Shown here one piece after another: positions 1 through 8,588 of a stretch of DNA of 64,000 nt. The position numbers and the translations under genes were made by a program. The number at the start of each line of letters is the position of its first letter. Positions within the stretch are counted from its first letter, which is position 1. Below the pieces are notes generated by a model. The model searched no databases and was not told where the DNA came from. It saw only the letters and a program-made list of their open reading frames with translations. The stretch covers positions 49 through 64,048 of the forward strand of contig CAYPEM010000025.1 of assembly GCA_964409765.1 (NCBI GenBank), read 5' to 3'. This stretch comes from an uncultured Chitinophagaceae bacterium (GTDB lineage Bacteria > Bacteroidota > Ignavibacteria > UBA10030 > UBA8401).

Positions 1-586
1 TATCCCGTTCGGGTCTCGGTCCAAAGTAATTGTGATCGATCAAATGCTCATTTGGTTCAGCGTCGAGCCATACAACCAGCATCGTTCCCTGATGGGTCTT
101 CCCTTTGAAATAATTATGATCGATCCGGTTCTTCTTGCCATAGACTGAAACCCATTTGTAATCGAGATCTGTGTCTTCGGGATTGTAATCGACAATCGCA
201 CAATTCGTCAACCGGCAATTGTTTGCAACATCATCAGACCCTGTCCGGAATTCGATCACCGCATTCTTTTCGATCGCACCACCTTTAAAGAATAATCCTT
301 CAACAATAAGATATGAACCGCTGAACCGAAGTTTTGATGTTCCGTTAAGAATCACTTTACCATCAGTTTCCGCCCGAACAACGATCGGCTGCTGCTCAGT
401 ACCGTTTGCTTTAACAATCAACTCTTGATTGTTCCATTCTCCGTTCAATAACATCAACGTATCACCCGGCTCTGCAATCTTCGCAGCTTTTTTCAATTCA
501 TCCGCCGAAGAAACAGCAATATTTTTACCGCAGAGTAATTGTAAAATCGCTATGTAAAAAACGGTATAATATTTAAGATTTTTCAT
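1..586 (-). CDS. PL6-family polysaccharide lyase (alginate / chondroitinase-B-like), N-terminal part; the gene runs off the window
   Basis: Absent from the ORF track because it is open at the window edge. Hand translation of the reverse strand from ATG 586-584 is uninterrupted down to nt 2: MKNLKYYTVFYIAILQLLCGKNIAVSSADELKKAAKIAEPGDTLMLLNGEWNNQELIV...NNCRLTNCAIVDYNP...KNRIDHNYFKGKTHQG...LIDHNYFGPRPE. It has a signal peptide, the PGD-x-L-x-L-x-G-x-W N-terminus and repeated DHNYF beta-helix turns that I associate with PL6 lyases. Confidence 0.75.
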   Translation of the reverse strand, partial: MKNLKYYTVFYIAILQLLCGKNIAVSSADELKKAAKIAEPGDTLMLLNGEWNNQELIVKANGTEQQPIVVRAETDGKVILNGTSKLRFSGSYLIVEGLFFKGGAIEKNAVIEFRTGSDDVANNCRLTNCAIVDYNPEDTDLDYKWVSVYGKKNRIDHNYFKGKTHQGTMLVVWLDAEPNEHLIDHNYFGPRPERD

Positions 587-613
587 TCGTAACTGTTACT
601 ATAAAATTGATCA

Positions 614-647
614 GTGTTAATTGTTCATTGTTAATTGTTAATTGCTT
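614..647 (-). repeat. Post-stop heptad (CAATTAA-like) tandem repeat element, copy 1
   Basis: mRNA sense reads AAGCAATTAACAATTAACAATGAACAATTAACAC and begins inside the TAA stop of the esterase gene (646-648). It matches the 2230-2263 element at 28 of 34 positions by hand alignment. Confidence 0.5.
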
Positions 648-2208
648 ATCGCTTTCCAAACGTTACTTCTTCCCACTCATCTGTCCGAAATGGAGAGGCG
701 GGCAAACCGTTCTTGTTGAATAAATTACACTTTGGATTATCAGCCCAAGCGTATCGGATAGAAACTGGTTTTTTCACTTTGGAGTTTGAAATAATTACTT
801 CATTTCCTTTTATCTTTGCATCGACCGGAACAAATTTTTTGTCTTTCCCGGCAACGGTAAATCCTGCAAGTTTAACATTTCCTTTTGTTGTTAATCCATC
901 GCCAATATGGGTGAATGAAACAACAATATTTTTCTTTCCAAATGTTACACTCTTGAAAATGGGTCCGGAAAATTCAATGCTCTTTCCATATGTTTGTGAT
1001 AACGCAATGATTGCTAGACGTTCACCGACAGGTTTCTTGTTTGTAGGATGAAGATCCTTTGGATCACCGACATCGATAGTAACTGCCATACCGGTGTTGA
1101 GAACATTCAATGTCATCAACTGTGCCTCACGCAATTCCGCCCACCCGCTTTTGGACGGTTCCGGCTGACGGTCAAGATTCGGCAACTGAACAAAATAGAA
1201 TGGAAAATCTCCTTGGTGCCAAACATTTCTCCAATGCCGTATCAAAGTTGGAAACAACGTTCGATACTGATATGCTCGTGATGCATTCGCTTCCCCTTGA
1301 TACCAGATAACACCCCGCATGGCAAATGGAATGATCGGGTATAACATTCCATTATATTGACCTGTCGGTGTATCACGATGACCGGGACCTCGCGGTGCCG
1401 TCGGTTTTCGTGATGGTGCTCTGCCGAGTGCAACTGCATTCGTTGAATCAATTTTCCATTGTGCTAATGCTGCTGGTAATTTTTCTTCAAATTCTTTTAG
1501 TGCGAGAGGGTAATTTTCAATATCCTTTCTCCATCGTGTTAAGATCGGAACAAAATCGGAATCGCTTTCCAGGACTTCTTTTGGCAGCCAACCTTCAGCA
1601 GCAGTTCCTCCCCAAGAGACATGAACCAATCCAATCGGAATCTTCAACGATTCCTGCAATGCTTTTCCGAAGAAATATCCGACTGCGGAAAAATCCTCCG
1701 CTTCTTCGGGTGAACATACTGCCCATGCTCCGGAACAATCTGACAGCGGTGTCTCCGAAACTATTCTCTTCACCGTAAACAGGCGGATCATCGGATTTGT
1801 CGCTTCAGTGACATCCTGCTTAGCATTATTCGTTTTCTTCAATTCAAACGTCATATTTGATTGACCTGAACATATCCAAACTTCGCCGATCAAGATATTT
1901 TCAAACCGAACTTCATTTTTTCCGCGGACAACCATTGTGTATGGTCCTCCCTCGATCATCGAAGAAAGTTTTATCAACCATTTCCCTTCATCATCGGCAA
2001 TCGTTTTAACGGTTTGAGAATTGAAATCAACAATAACTGTTTCTGCGGCTGACGCTGTTCCCCAAACAGGAACTGCCATTCCCCGCTGCAAAACCATATT
2101 GGAAGAAAATATGGATGCAACTTTTACATCAGCGTTACCTATTGAAAGGAATCCCAATGTAAAAGAAATCAGCAGCAGACTATGTTCTATTTTTCTTTTC
2201 AATTCCAT
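646..2208 (-). CDS. Sialate O-acetylesterase-like SGNH carbohydrate esterase (secreted)
   Basis: 520-aa ORF with a signal peptide. The GEVWICSGQSNM catalytic-serine block and the overall length are typical of the 9-O-acetylesterase (SASA) family. Confidence 0.8.
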   Translation of the reverse strand: MELKRKIEHSLLLISFTLGFLSIGNADVKVASIFSSNMVLQRGMAVPVWGTASAAETVIVDFNSQTVKTIADDEGKWLIKLSSMIEGGPYTMVVRGKNEVRFENILIGEVWICSGQSNMTFELKKTNNAKQDVTEATNPMIRLFTVKRIVSETPLSDCSGAWAVCSPEEAEDFSAVGYFFGKALQESLKIPIGLVHVSWGGTAAEGWLPKEVLESDSDFVPILTRWRKDIENYPLALKEFEEKLPAALAQWKIDSTNAVALGRAPSRKPTAPRGPGHRDTPTGQYNGMLYPIIPFAMRGVIWYQGEANASRAYQYRTLFPTLIRHWRNVWHQGDFPFYFVQLPNLDRQPEPSKSGWAELREAQLMTLNVLNTGMAVTIDVGDPKDLHPTNKKPVGERLAIIALSQTYGKSIEFSGPIFKSVTFGKKNIVVSFTHIGDGLTTKGNVKLAGFTVAGKDKKFVPVDAKIKGNEVIISNSKVKKPVSIRYAWADNPKCNLFNKNGLPASPFRTDEWEEVTFGKR

Positions 2209-2229
2209 CTTCCTATTACGAATTGCGTA

Positions 2230-2263
2230 TTATTAATTCTTAATTATTAATTGATAATTGCTT
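2230..2263 (-). repeat. Post-stop heptad (AATTAA-like) tandem repeat element, copy 2
   Basis: mRNA sense reads AAGCAATTATCAATTAATAATTAAGAATTAATAA and starts directly after the TAA stop of kduD (2264-2266). It is similar to the 614-647 element. Confidence 0.5.
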
Positions 2264-3019
2264 TTACCGTGCCATCCACCCGCCGTCAACCACAAGAACA
2301 TGTCCGTTCACATAATTCGAAGCTTTGCTCGCAAGAAAGATCACTGCGCCTTGAAGATCTTCCGGCGTTCCCCAGGCTCCAGCAGGAATACGATCAAGGA
2401 TTGCTTTCGATCGATCAGCATCCTCGCGCAATGCTGTTGTATTATTTGTTGCAAAATATCCCGGTGCAATCGCATTCACATTGATTCCAAATGCACCCCA
2501 TTCATTGGCAAGAGCTTTTGTTATTTGAGCAACTGCACCTTTGCTTGCAGCATATGATGGGACGCGGATTCCTCCCTGAAATGCCAGCAGTGAAGCAGTA
2601 CTGATGATCTTACCTGATTTCCGTTTCATCATATCTTTTGCAACTGCCTGCGCCAGAAAGAAGATCGTTTTGGAATTCAACAGCATCACATCATCCCAAT
2701 CCTTTTCTGAAAAATCGATCGCGTCCGCCCGGCGGATGATGCCGGCATTGTTGATAAGGATATCGATCTTTCCAAATTCAGCGATCGTTTTTTCAACAAC
2801 AACCGGGATCGATGACATCTCCATTAAATTTGCAACGATCGTCAATGCTCTGCGGCCGAGTGCGCGTACTTTAACTGCTGTTTCACTGCTTTCAACATAA
2901 TCAACAAGAACAATGTCAGCGCCTGCTGTTGCAAGACCAAGTGCCATTCCTTGTCCTAATCCTGTGCTTCCTCCGGTGACGATTGCAGTTTTTCCCGTAA
3001 GATCAAAAAGTGAATTCAT
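2264..3019 (-). CDS. kduD: 2-dehydro-3-deoxy-D-gluconate 5-dehydrogenase / 2-deoxy-D-gluconate 3-dehydrogenase (SDR)
   Basis: 251 aa. N-terminus FDLTGKTAIVTGGSTGLGQGMALGLATAGADIV, a YAASKGAV active-site block and a C-terminal VDGGWMAR are typical of KduD. The uronate-locus context agrees. Confidence 0.85.
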   Translation of the reverse strand: MNSLFDLTGKTAIVTGGSTGLGQGMALGLATAGADIVLVDYVESSETAVKVRALGRRALTIVANLMEMSSIPVVVEKTIAEFGKIDILINNAGIIRRADAIDFSEKDWDDVMLLNSKTIFFLAQAVAKDMMKRKSGKIISTASLLAFQGGIRVPSYAASKGAVAQITKALANEWGAFGINVNAIAPGYFATNNTTALREDADRSKAILDRIPAGAWGTPEDLQGAVIFLASKASNYVNGHVLVVDGGWMAR

Positions 3020-3045
3020 GCTTTCTTTTTCCTTATGATAGATTT

Positions 3046-4320
3046 TTATTTTGCAGTAGTGTCAACGCGTTGAATTGTCCCGCCAAAATAATAGACTGCG
3101 AACGCACCGAGCGGAACAAGCGCGGCACCCATCAAAAAGACCGGAACATAACTGATCTTACTCATGAATGGAATCAACCAAGTACTGAACACGAGAACAC
3201 CGATGATCGCACTCATTCCGCCGATTCCTGCAACCGTACCGACCGATTTTCCGGAATAGAAATCACTCGGAAGTGTTTGGATATTATTCATCATCATTTG
3301 ATATCCGCCAAGCACAGCCGCCATAACCACAACAGCAAATAATGGTGTGGAAGCAAATGCTGCAAGAATGAATGCGGGGAAAGTGATCGAACCGCCGATG
3401 ATGATGGCTCGTTTGCGGGCTTTGTCAACACTCCATCCCTGTTGCATTTTATGACCGGAATACCAGCCGCCGACAACACTTCCAATTGCTGCGCCTAAAT
3501 AAGGGACCCAGGCAAACATTCCGATCTGTTTAACGTCGAATGCAAATACTTCAACCAAATATATGGGAAGCCAATTGACGAAGAGCCACCAGATCGGATC
3601 GAGAAAGAATCTTGAAACGATCACTGACCAGCTTTGTTTGTGCGATAATGCTTCTTTCCATGTCATCGTCCGTTCATTTGCTACAGGAGCAGTTACTGTC
3701 GGTCCGTGAAGAATATATTTTCGTTCCTCTTCCGTGATCCAGGGATGTTTATCCGGTGTCGTTTTGTAAATGATCAGCCACGGAATGATCCAGATGAATC
3801 CAAGCAAACCGACAATGATGAATGTCGCTTTCCAGCCGAACATCAAATAGAGAAATGCAATCAACGGAGCCGAAATTACCGCACCGAGAGATGCACCGGC
3901 ATTGAAGATTCCTTGAGCTAACGCTCGTTCATTGATCGGAAACCATTCTGCATTTGCTTTGGTCGCACCCGGCCAATTACCCGCTTCACTAACTCCAAGT
4001 ATAGAGCGGAATAACGAAAACGAAACGATACTGCGTGCAACTCCGTGCATAGCACATGCGACCGACCACACTACTACGGATGAGACGAATCCAATTCGAG
4101 TTCCAACCCAGTCAAAAAATCTACCGGAGAGCGCCTGACCAAGTGCATAAGCGATCATAAATGCAGACACGATCGTTGCATAATCGTCTTTGGTCAGTTC
4201 AAGTTCTTTGGAAATATCCGGCCACATCACCGCCAGTGAAGTTCTGTCGATATAGTTAATGACGGTAACTGAACCGATCAGAAATATGATCCACCAGCGA
4301 AGCCCTTTTACATTTTTCAT
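3046..4320 (-). CDS. MFS transporter, ACS/hexuronate (ExuT-like) type
   Basis: 424 aa and multi-TM. The N-terminus RWWIIFLIGSVTVINYIDRTSLAV is typical of anion:cation symporter MFS members such as ExuT. Confidence 0.8.
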   Translation of the reverse strand: MKNVKGLRWWIIFLIGSVTVINYIDRTSLAVMWPDISKELELTKDDYATIVSAFMIAYALGQALSGRFFDWVGTRIGFVSSVVVWSVACAMHGVARSIVSFSLFRSILGVSEAGNWPGATKANAEWFPINERALAQGIFNAGASLGAVISAPLIAFLYLMFGWKATFIIVGLLGFIWIIPWLIIYKTTPDKHPWITEEERKYILHGPTVTAPVANERTMTWKEALSHKQSWSVIVSRFFLDPIWWLFVNWLPIYLVEVFAFDVKQIGMFAWVPYLGAAIGSVVGGWYSGHKMQQGWSVDKARKRAIIIGGSITFPAFILAAFASTPLFAVVVMAAVLGGYQMMMNNIQTLPSDFYSGKSVGTVAGIGGMSAIIGVLVFSTWLIPFMSKISYVPVFLMGAALVPLGAFAVYYFGGTIQRVDTTAK

Positions 4321-4345
4321 TCAAACATCCTTTTCTAAAAAATAT

Positions 4346-4693
4346 TTACGATTTGATGAAATCTTCACGCATCGGTGTGAAGAAATCGATAAGGATGCTG
4401 TCTTCCAGTGCAACAACACCATGTTCGATATTTGCCGGGATGTAATAACAATCTTTGCATTTTTGAAGCTGTTTTTTCCCGTCGATCTGTACTTCGAACG
4501 AACCGGATTGGATATAGGTGATCTGTAAATGCGGATGTTTGTGCAGCGCACCAATGGATCCTTTTTTGAACTCAACATACACCGCCATCAATTGGTCGCC
4601 GTATGCCATGATCTTTCTCTTGATTCCTTCCGCAGGATATTCCCAGTCGATTGATTCAAAATCGATGAAGAGCTGTTCTTTTTGTACGAGCAT
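4346..4693 (-). CDS. kdgF: Cupin-domain protein, KdgF-like (unsaturated uronate linearisation)
   Basis: Cupin motif GALHKHPHLQITYIQSG...IPANIEHGV. I trimmed the start to ATG 4693 (MLVQKEQ...). That start has a GAGGAA Shine-Dalgarno site and avoids overlap with the upstream stop at 4707. Confidence 0.7.
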   Translation of the reverse strand: MLVQKEQLFIDFESIDWEYPAEGIKRKIMAYGDQLMAVYVEFKKGSIGALHKHPHLQITYIQSGSFEVQIDGKKQLQKCKDCYYIPANIEHGVVALEDSILIDFFTPMREDFIKS

Positions 4694-4706
4694 TGAAGTG
4701 ATTCCT

Positions 4707-6884
4707 CTAGTTTGACTTCCGTATTGCAGCATTTCCATTCCAGGAATAGGTGACGCCGTTTGCGATCATCGTATGCTGTTGAGTATCTGAAGATTCATTG
4801 TTGGAGATCATGATGGTCCAGGTTTTGCCGCTCTTCCATTCGATTGCGACAATCGATCCTGTCGAATCCGAATTTAAGACGGCAATATTTTTTACTGAAC
4901 TGCTGGCATTCCTCGATATTTCAATTGTTCCGTCCCACAATCCATGCGGTTCAATGACCGATGCGAATAAAGCTGATGGTGATTTTTTCCTCACGATAAC
5001 AGACGGTTCTCTCCTGAGATTATAGTTCGGATCGTTCGCTCCAATCCGAGCAAAGAACACTGTCGTTTGCGAATCGGCTGCACTGCTGACGGAGTAATAC
5101 CGTTGCCCGGAGAGCCATGAAAATTGCATCATGCCGTTTGCTTTTGCTTCGGCTTCTTTCCACAGATATTGGTAACCGTTTGCAGAACCAAGTGTTGATT
5201 GTTGAGAAGTATGTGCTGTCGATTTGATGTTTGTATAAATGAATTGTCCTATATAATAGAACGGAAGATCATATGTATGTTCTTTCTTCCCATCAACTTT
5301 GAACAGATCGACGATCACCGGCTTTTGCAGTGACGGATCGTTGATCATTAAAACAGTACGCTGCATTGATACATCAGAATATGCATTGGTGCACTTAGCA
5401 CTCATGAATTGAAAATCCTTTTCTTTCGAAGAAAAGAAATTGCGGTCGGCATGGAATTTTTCTGAAATACCGATCTTTCCTTGATAGTGTGATTGTTCAT
5501 CAACAGTAACGGTATTATGTGCGATCGTTTGCATCGCAAATGATTTTGTTTCAGGCAGATATCGACCGCCATATTTCGGTTCTACATTGATGAATCTCGC
5601 CGCACCATAATCCTGCAATTGTTCTCGGTTTTGGTCGTAAAAAAGGAGCGACAATTTATCATAGTGTCCATGCGAAAGTCCATGACCTGTATATTTCATC
5701 AATGCCAGCATTTGATCGTCGTTCGATCCATAGCGCAGAATTCCGACTCCCCCTCCATCGCCGTTTGCACCATCACTCAATTCCAGACTTTTATACGGGA
5801 ATGGAATAATTTCTTTGTCCTTGGAAAGATCGCGCGCAACTTCAACACCCCCGCCGTTTAATGTTACCGAGTTCTGTTCGCGTGCAATGCTCAGGAATGA
5901 TTTATCATTGTTGAATTTCTTGTACGCTATATTCAACGCGAGGATCACTTCAGGTGAACGATATGTTTTTTCTTTAAGTGCATCGTTGATCGGAAGGAAT
6001 TGACCGGTAGTGTAGGTCAATTGAAGCATCGTATAAAATGCTTTCTTTAGAATACCATCGCGATATTCAAATATTTTCAGATCGGGACGATTGTTATCGA
6101 TCGATTGGGCGAAAACGAAGAACGGCATGATCGCATATCGAATATAGTATGGACCTTCAACAAAATATCCATCAGGAGAAAAGAGCAATTCCAATTGATT
6201 TAAGAATCCTCCCTGCTTGTTTTTTTCCGTTCCATACAGCGCCATCGCCACCATATCCGTATCGCGCAGAGCAAATCCTGCCATACCGACTGCAGCACTC
6301 ATCCAGGTGCCATGATTATGAATGCGATTAAGAACTGATTTCTGATCGACGGAAAAGAATTTCACCATCGGACGGAAGACATTTGCTTCAATGGTTTTCC
6401 TGTCTGCGGCAGGAATCGCATCATACACGCAATCGTAAGCTTGGATCGTATTTACCAACCAGACTGTTTCATTCAAAGACTGCCAGAATAATTTTCCCGG
6501 CGATTCACTCGCAGCAGCGGGATGAATTCCAAGCGTCGGATATAACATTGCATATTTTAAAAGCATTTCTTTCACGAAACGAGCATACTGTTCCTGTTTC
6601 GTAACCTGATACAGAATTCCTGCCATCTGCATTTCACCATAATTCTGTTTGTGCCGTTCGTGTGTATAACCTCCCGCATCAAAGGGAACAGGGACATCCA
6701 TCGGTGAAGCGATAGCTGCATCAACTTTTAATTTTGCATCGTTATATTCTTTATCAAAGAGTTGAAATTTCCCAAGCGAGCTTTTGATCGAAGAAATATC
6801 TTTTGCATTGACGATCATAGAAGGTCGCTGCTGTGCAGAGACAATTATGACACTGATAAAAAGAGTAAGAAGTATTTTTTTCAT
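4707..6884 (-). CDS. PL17-type oligo-alginate lyase (alginate-lyase N-domain plus heparinase II/III-like C-domain)
   Basis: 725 aa with a signal peptide. Blocks NRIHNHGTWMSAAVGMAG, GPYYIRYA and GHGLSHGHYDKLSLLFYD match my memory of PL17 exolytic lyases (Alg17C type). Confidence 0.8.
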   Translation of the reverse strand: MKKILLTLFISVIIVSAQQRPSMIVNAKDISSIKSSLGKFQLFDKEYNDAKLKVDAAIASPMDVPVPFDAGGYTHERHKQNYGEMQMAGILYQVTKQEQYARFVKEMLLKYAMLYPTLGIHPAAASESPGKLFWQSLNETVWLVNTIQAYDCVYDAIPAADRKTIEANVFRPMVKFFSVDQKSVLNRIHNHGTWMSAAVGMAGFALRDTDMVAMALYGTEKNKQGGFLNQLELLFSPDGYFVEGPYYIRYAIMPFFVFAQSIDNNRPDLKIFEYRDGILKKAFYTMLQLTYTTGQFLPINDALKEKTYRSPEVILALNIAYKKFNNDKSFLSIAREQNSVTLNGGGVEVARDLSKDKEIIPFPYKSLELSDGANGDGGGVGILRYGSNDDQMLALMKYTGHGLSHGHYDKLSLLFYDQNREQLQDYGAARFINVEPKYGGRYLPETKSFAMQTIAHNTVTVDEQSHYQGKIGISEKFHADRNFFSSKEKDFQFMSAKCTNAYSDVSMQRTVLMINDPSLQKPVIVDLFKVDGKKEHTYDLPFYYIGQFIYTNIKSTAHTSQQSTLGSANGYQYLWKEAEAKANGMMQFSWLSGQRYYSVSSAADSQTTVFFARIGANDPNYNLRREPSVIVRKKSPSALFASVIEPHGLWDGTIEISRNASSSVKNIAVLNSDSTGSIVAIEWKSGKTWTIMISNNESSDTQQHTMIANGVTYSWNGNAAIRKSN

Positions 6885-6887
6885 TTT

Positions 6888-7643
6888 TTATGCAAAGAAT
6901 AATCCGCCGTTGATTTGGATCGTTTCACCGTTGATAAACGACGATTTGTCGCCGGCGAGAAAGACAACCAGATCTGCAACTTCATACGCTTCCCCTTCAC
7001 GGCCGAGCGGTGTCATTCCGGCAACTTTTTGCCGGACTTCAGGTTTTGTGAATGTATTGTGGAATGTGGTATTGATCATTCCGGGTGAAACCGCATTCAC
7101 ACGGATCTTTTTCGATCCCAGTTCTTTTGCAAGACCGCGAGTCATCGTCAATACTCCAGATTTTGCAGCAGCGTATGCGATCGCTCCAGGTCCGCCGCCG
7201 TCATGAACAGCTTGGGTGGAGAAATTGATGATCGACGCCCCGTCGTTCAAAAATGGAATGGTCGCTTTTGTAACAAAGAATACACTCTTTAAATTCACAT
7301 TCATCACAGCATCCCAGAATGATTCTTCCATCTCAACGATCGTATGCCGTCCCATTAAACCGCCGGCAACATTCACAAGAATGTCGATCTTCTCTCCAAA
7401 TGCTTTTCGTCCTTCAGCAACCAGCTTTTGTGCATCGGCAAACTTGGTCATATCTCCCTGAACGGCAATTGCTTTTCCTCCGGCAGCCTTGATCGTTCTC
7501 ACCGTTTCTTCAGCGTCACTTTCGTTGTCATAATAATTAACAACTACCGATGCTCCGTGCTCTGCAAGTTTTAAAGAAACTTGTCTTCCGATATCACGTG
7601 CGCCTCCGGTAACTATTGCAACTTTGTTCTGCAGATCTCCCAT
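6888..7643 (-). CDS. SDR-family oxidoreductase (candidate DEH / 4-deoxy-L-erythro-5-hexoseulose uronate reductase)
   Basis: 251 aa. It has VAIVTGGARDIG Rossmann and YAAAKSGV catalytic blocks. The specific substrate is inferred only from its position in the locus. Confidence 0.75.
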   Translation of the reverse strand: MGDLQNKVAIVTGGARDIGRQVSLKLAEHGASVVVNYYDNESDAEETVRTIKAAGGKAIAVQGDMTKFADAQKLVAEGRKAFGEKIDILVNVAGGLMGRHTIVEMEESFWDAVMNVNLKSVFFVTKATIPFLNDGASIINFSTQAVHDGGGPGAIAYAAAKSGVLTMTRGLAKELGSKKIRVNAVSPGMINTTFHNTFTKPEVRQKVAGMTPLGREGEAYEVADLVVFLAGDKSSFINGETIQINGGLFFA

Positions 7644-7694
7644 GGTTTTTCCTCTGTTTTCGATTAAATAGAATGATTATTATTGATGTTAAAT

Positions 7695-8579
7695 TTATTT
7701 TATCCGAGTTAAGCCGATATCTTCAAAAAATTTCCACATGGCTGCGCTGATCTCGCTGTTCTTTTCTTTTGAGAATTTGCCATGTTTTCCCCCTTCTACG
7801 GTGAGAAAAATATTTTTCACACCGTTATCATCTAACTTTTTCTTCAAGTCAACCGATTGTTGATATGGAACAGTCGGATCGGCATCTCCATGGACTGTAA
7901 AGATTGGAGGAGATTTTTTTGTGATGTATTCTATGGGCGAAATTGTTTTCAAAAAATCTTTATTATCGATATTATCTTTAAGCCAGGCTTTAACTGATTT
8001 GCTTTTTTTGAAGTCACCTAAATTTGTAAGATCGGCAACTCCATATTTGTTCACGATTGCAACTACTGAAATATTTTCTGCCGGCGAACAATTGTTGTCA
8101 AATGAACGGTTGTTTCCCAGCAACCCCGCCATCAATGCCAGATGTCCACCCGCAGAGCCCCCCATTACAACAATTTTTTGAACATCAAAATGTAATTCTT
8201 TGGAATGGTTAATAAGATAGATCAACGCACAGCGAACATCTTCGACTGCTGCCGGTGCGGGTGCAATTGGAGACATTCGATACTCTATGTTTGCAACCGC
8301 CCATCCGTTCTTGAAAAATGAACCAAATCCGCGTTGAGACTCTTTAACACCATGGGTCCAAGCACCGCCATGGATATTAATAACGAGCGGAGTAGGATCA
8401 GTATTCTCCGAAGGACGATAAATATCCATTTTACCTTCCCATTCACCTACTGTTGTATAGACAATATTTACTTGTGCTGAATAGTTCTTCGGATATTCTA
8501 CCGGAAGAAATTCTTCGTCTTCTTGTGCAAAGAGAGAAATCGTTAAAAGAATAAATACGATCAGATATTTTTTCGTCAT
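7695..8579 (-). CDS. Secreted alpha/beta-hydrolase esterase
   Basis: 294 aa with a signal peptide. It has an oxyanion HGGAW block, the nucleophile elbow GGSAGGHLA, and HGDADPTVP. Confidence 0.75.
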   Translation of the reverse strand: MTKKYLIVFILLTISLFAQEDEEFLPVEYPKNYSAQVNIVYTTVGEWEGKMDIYRPSENTDPTPLVINIHGGAWTHGVKESQRGFGSFFKNGWAVANIEYRMSPIAPAPAAVEDVRCALIYLINHSKELHFDVQKIVVMGGSAGGHLALMAGLLGNNRSFDNNCSPAENISVVAIVNKYGVADLTNLGDFKKSKSVKAWLKDNIDNKDFLKTISPIEYITKKSPPIFTVHGDADPTVPYQQSVDLKKKLDDNGVKNIFLTVEGGKHGKFSKEKNSEISAAMWKFFEDIGLTRIK

Positions 8580-8588
8580 ATTTTATTT

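Noticed and set aside
219-428. Tracked ORF 219-428 (+).
   Set aside because: It is antisense to the hand-translated PL6 lyase frame, which is continuous from 586 to the window edge and carries family motifs.
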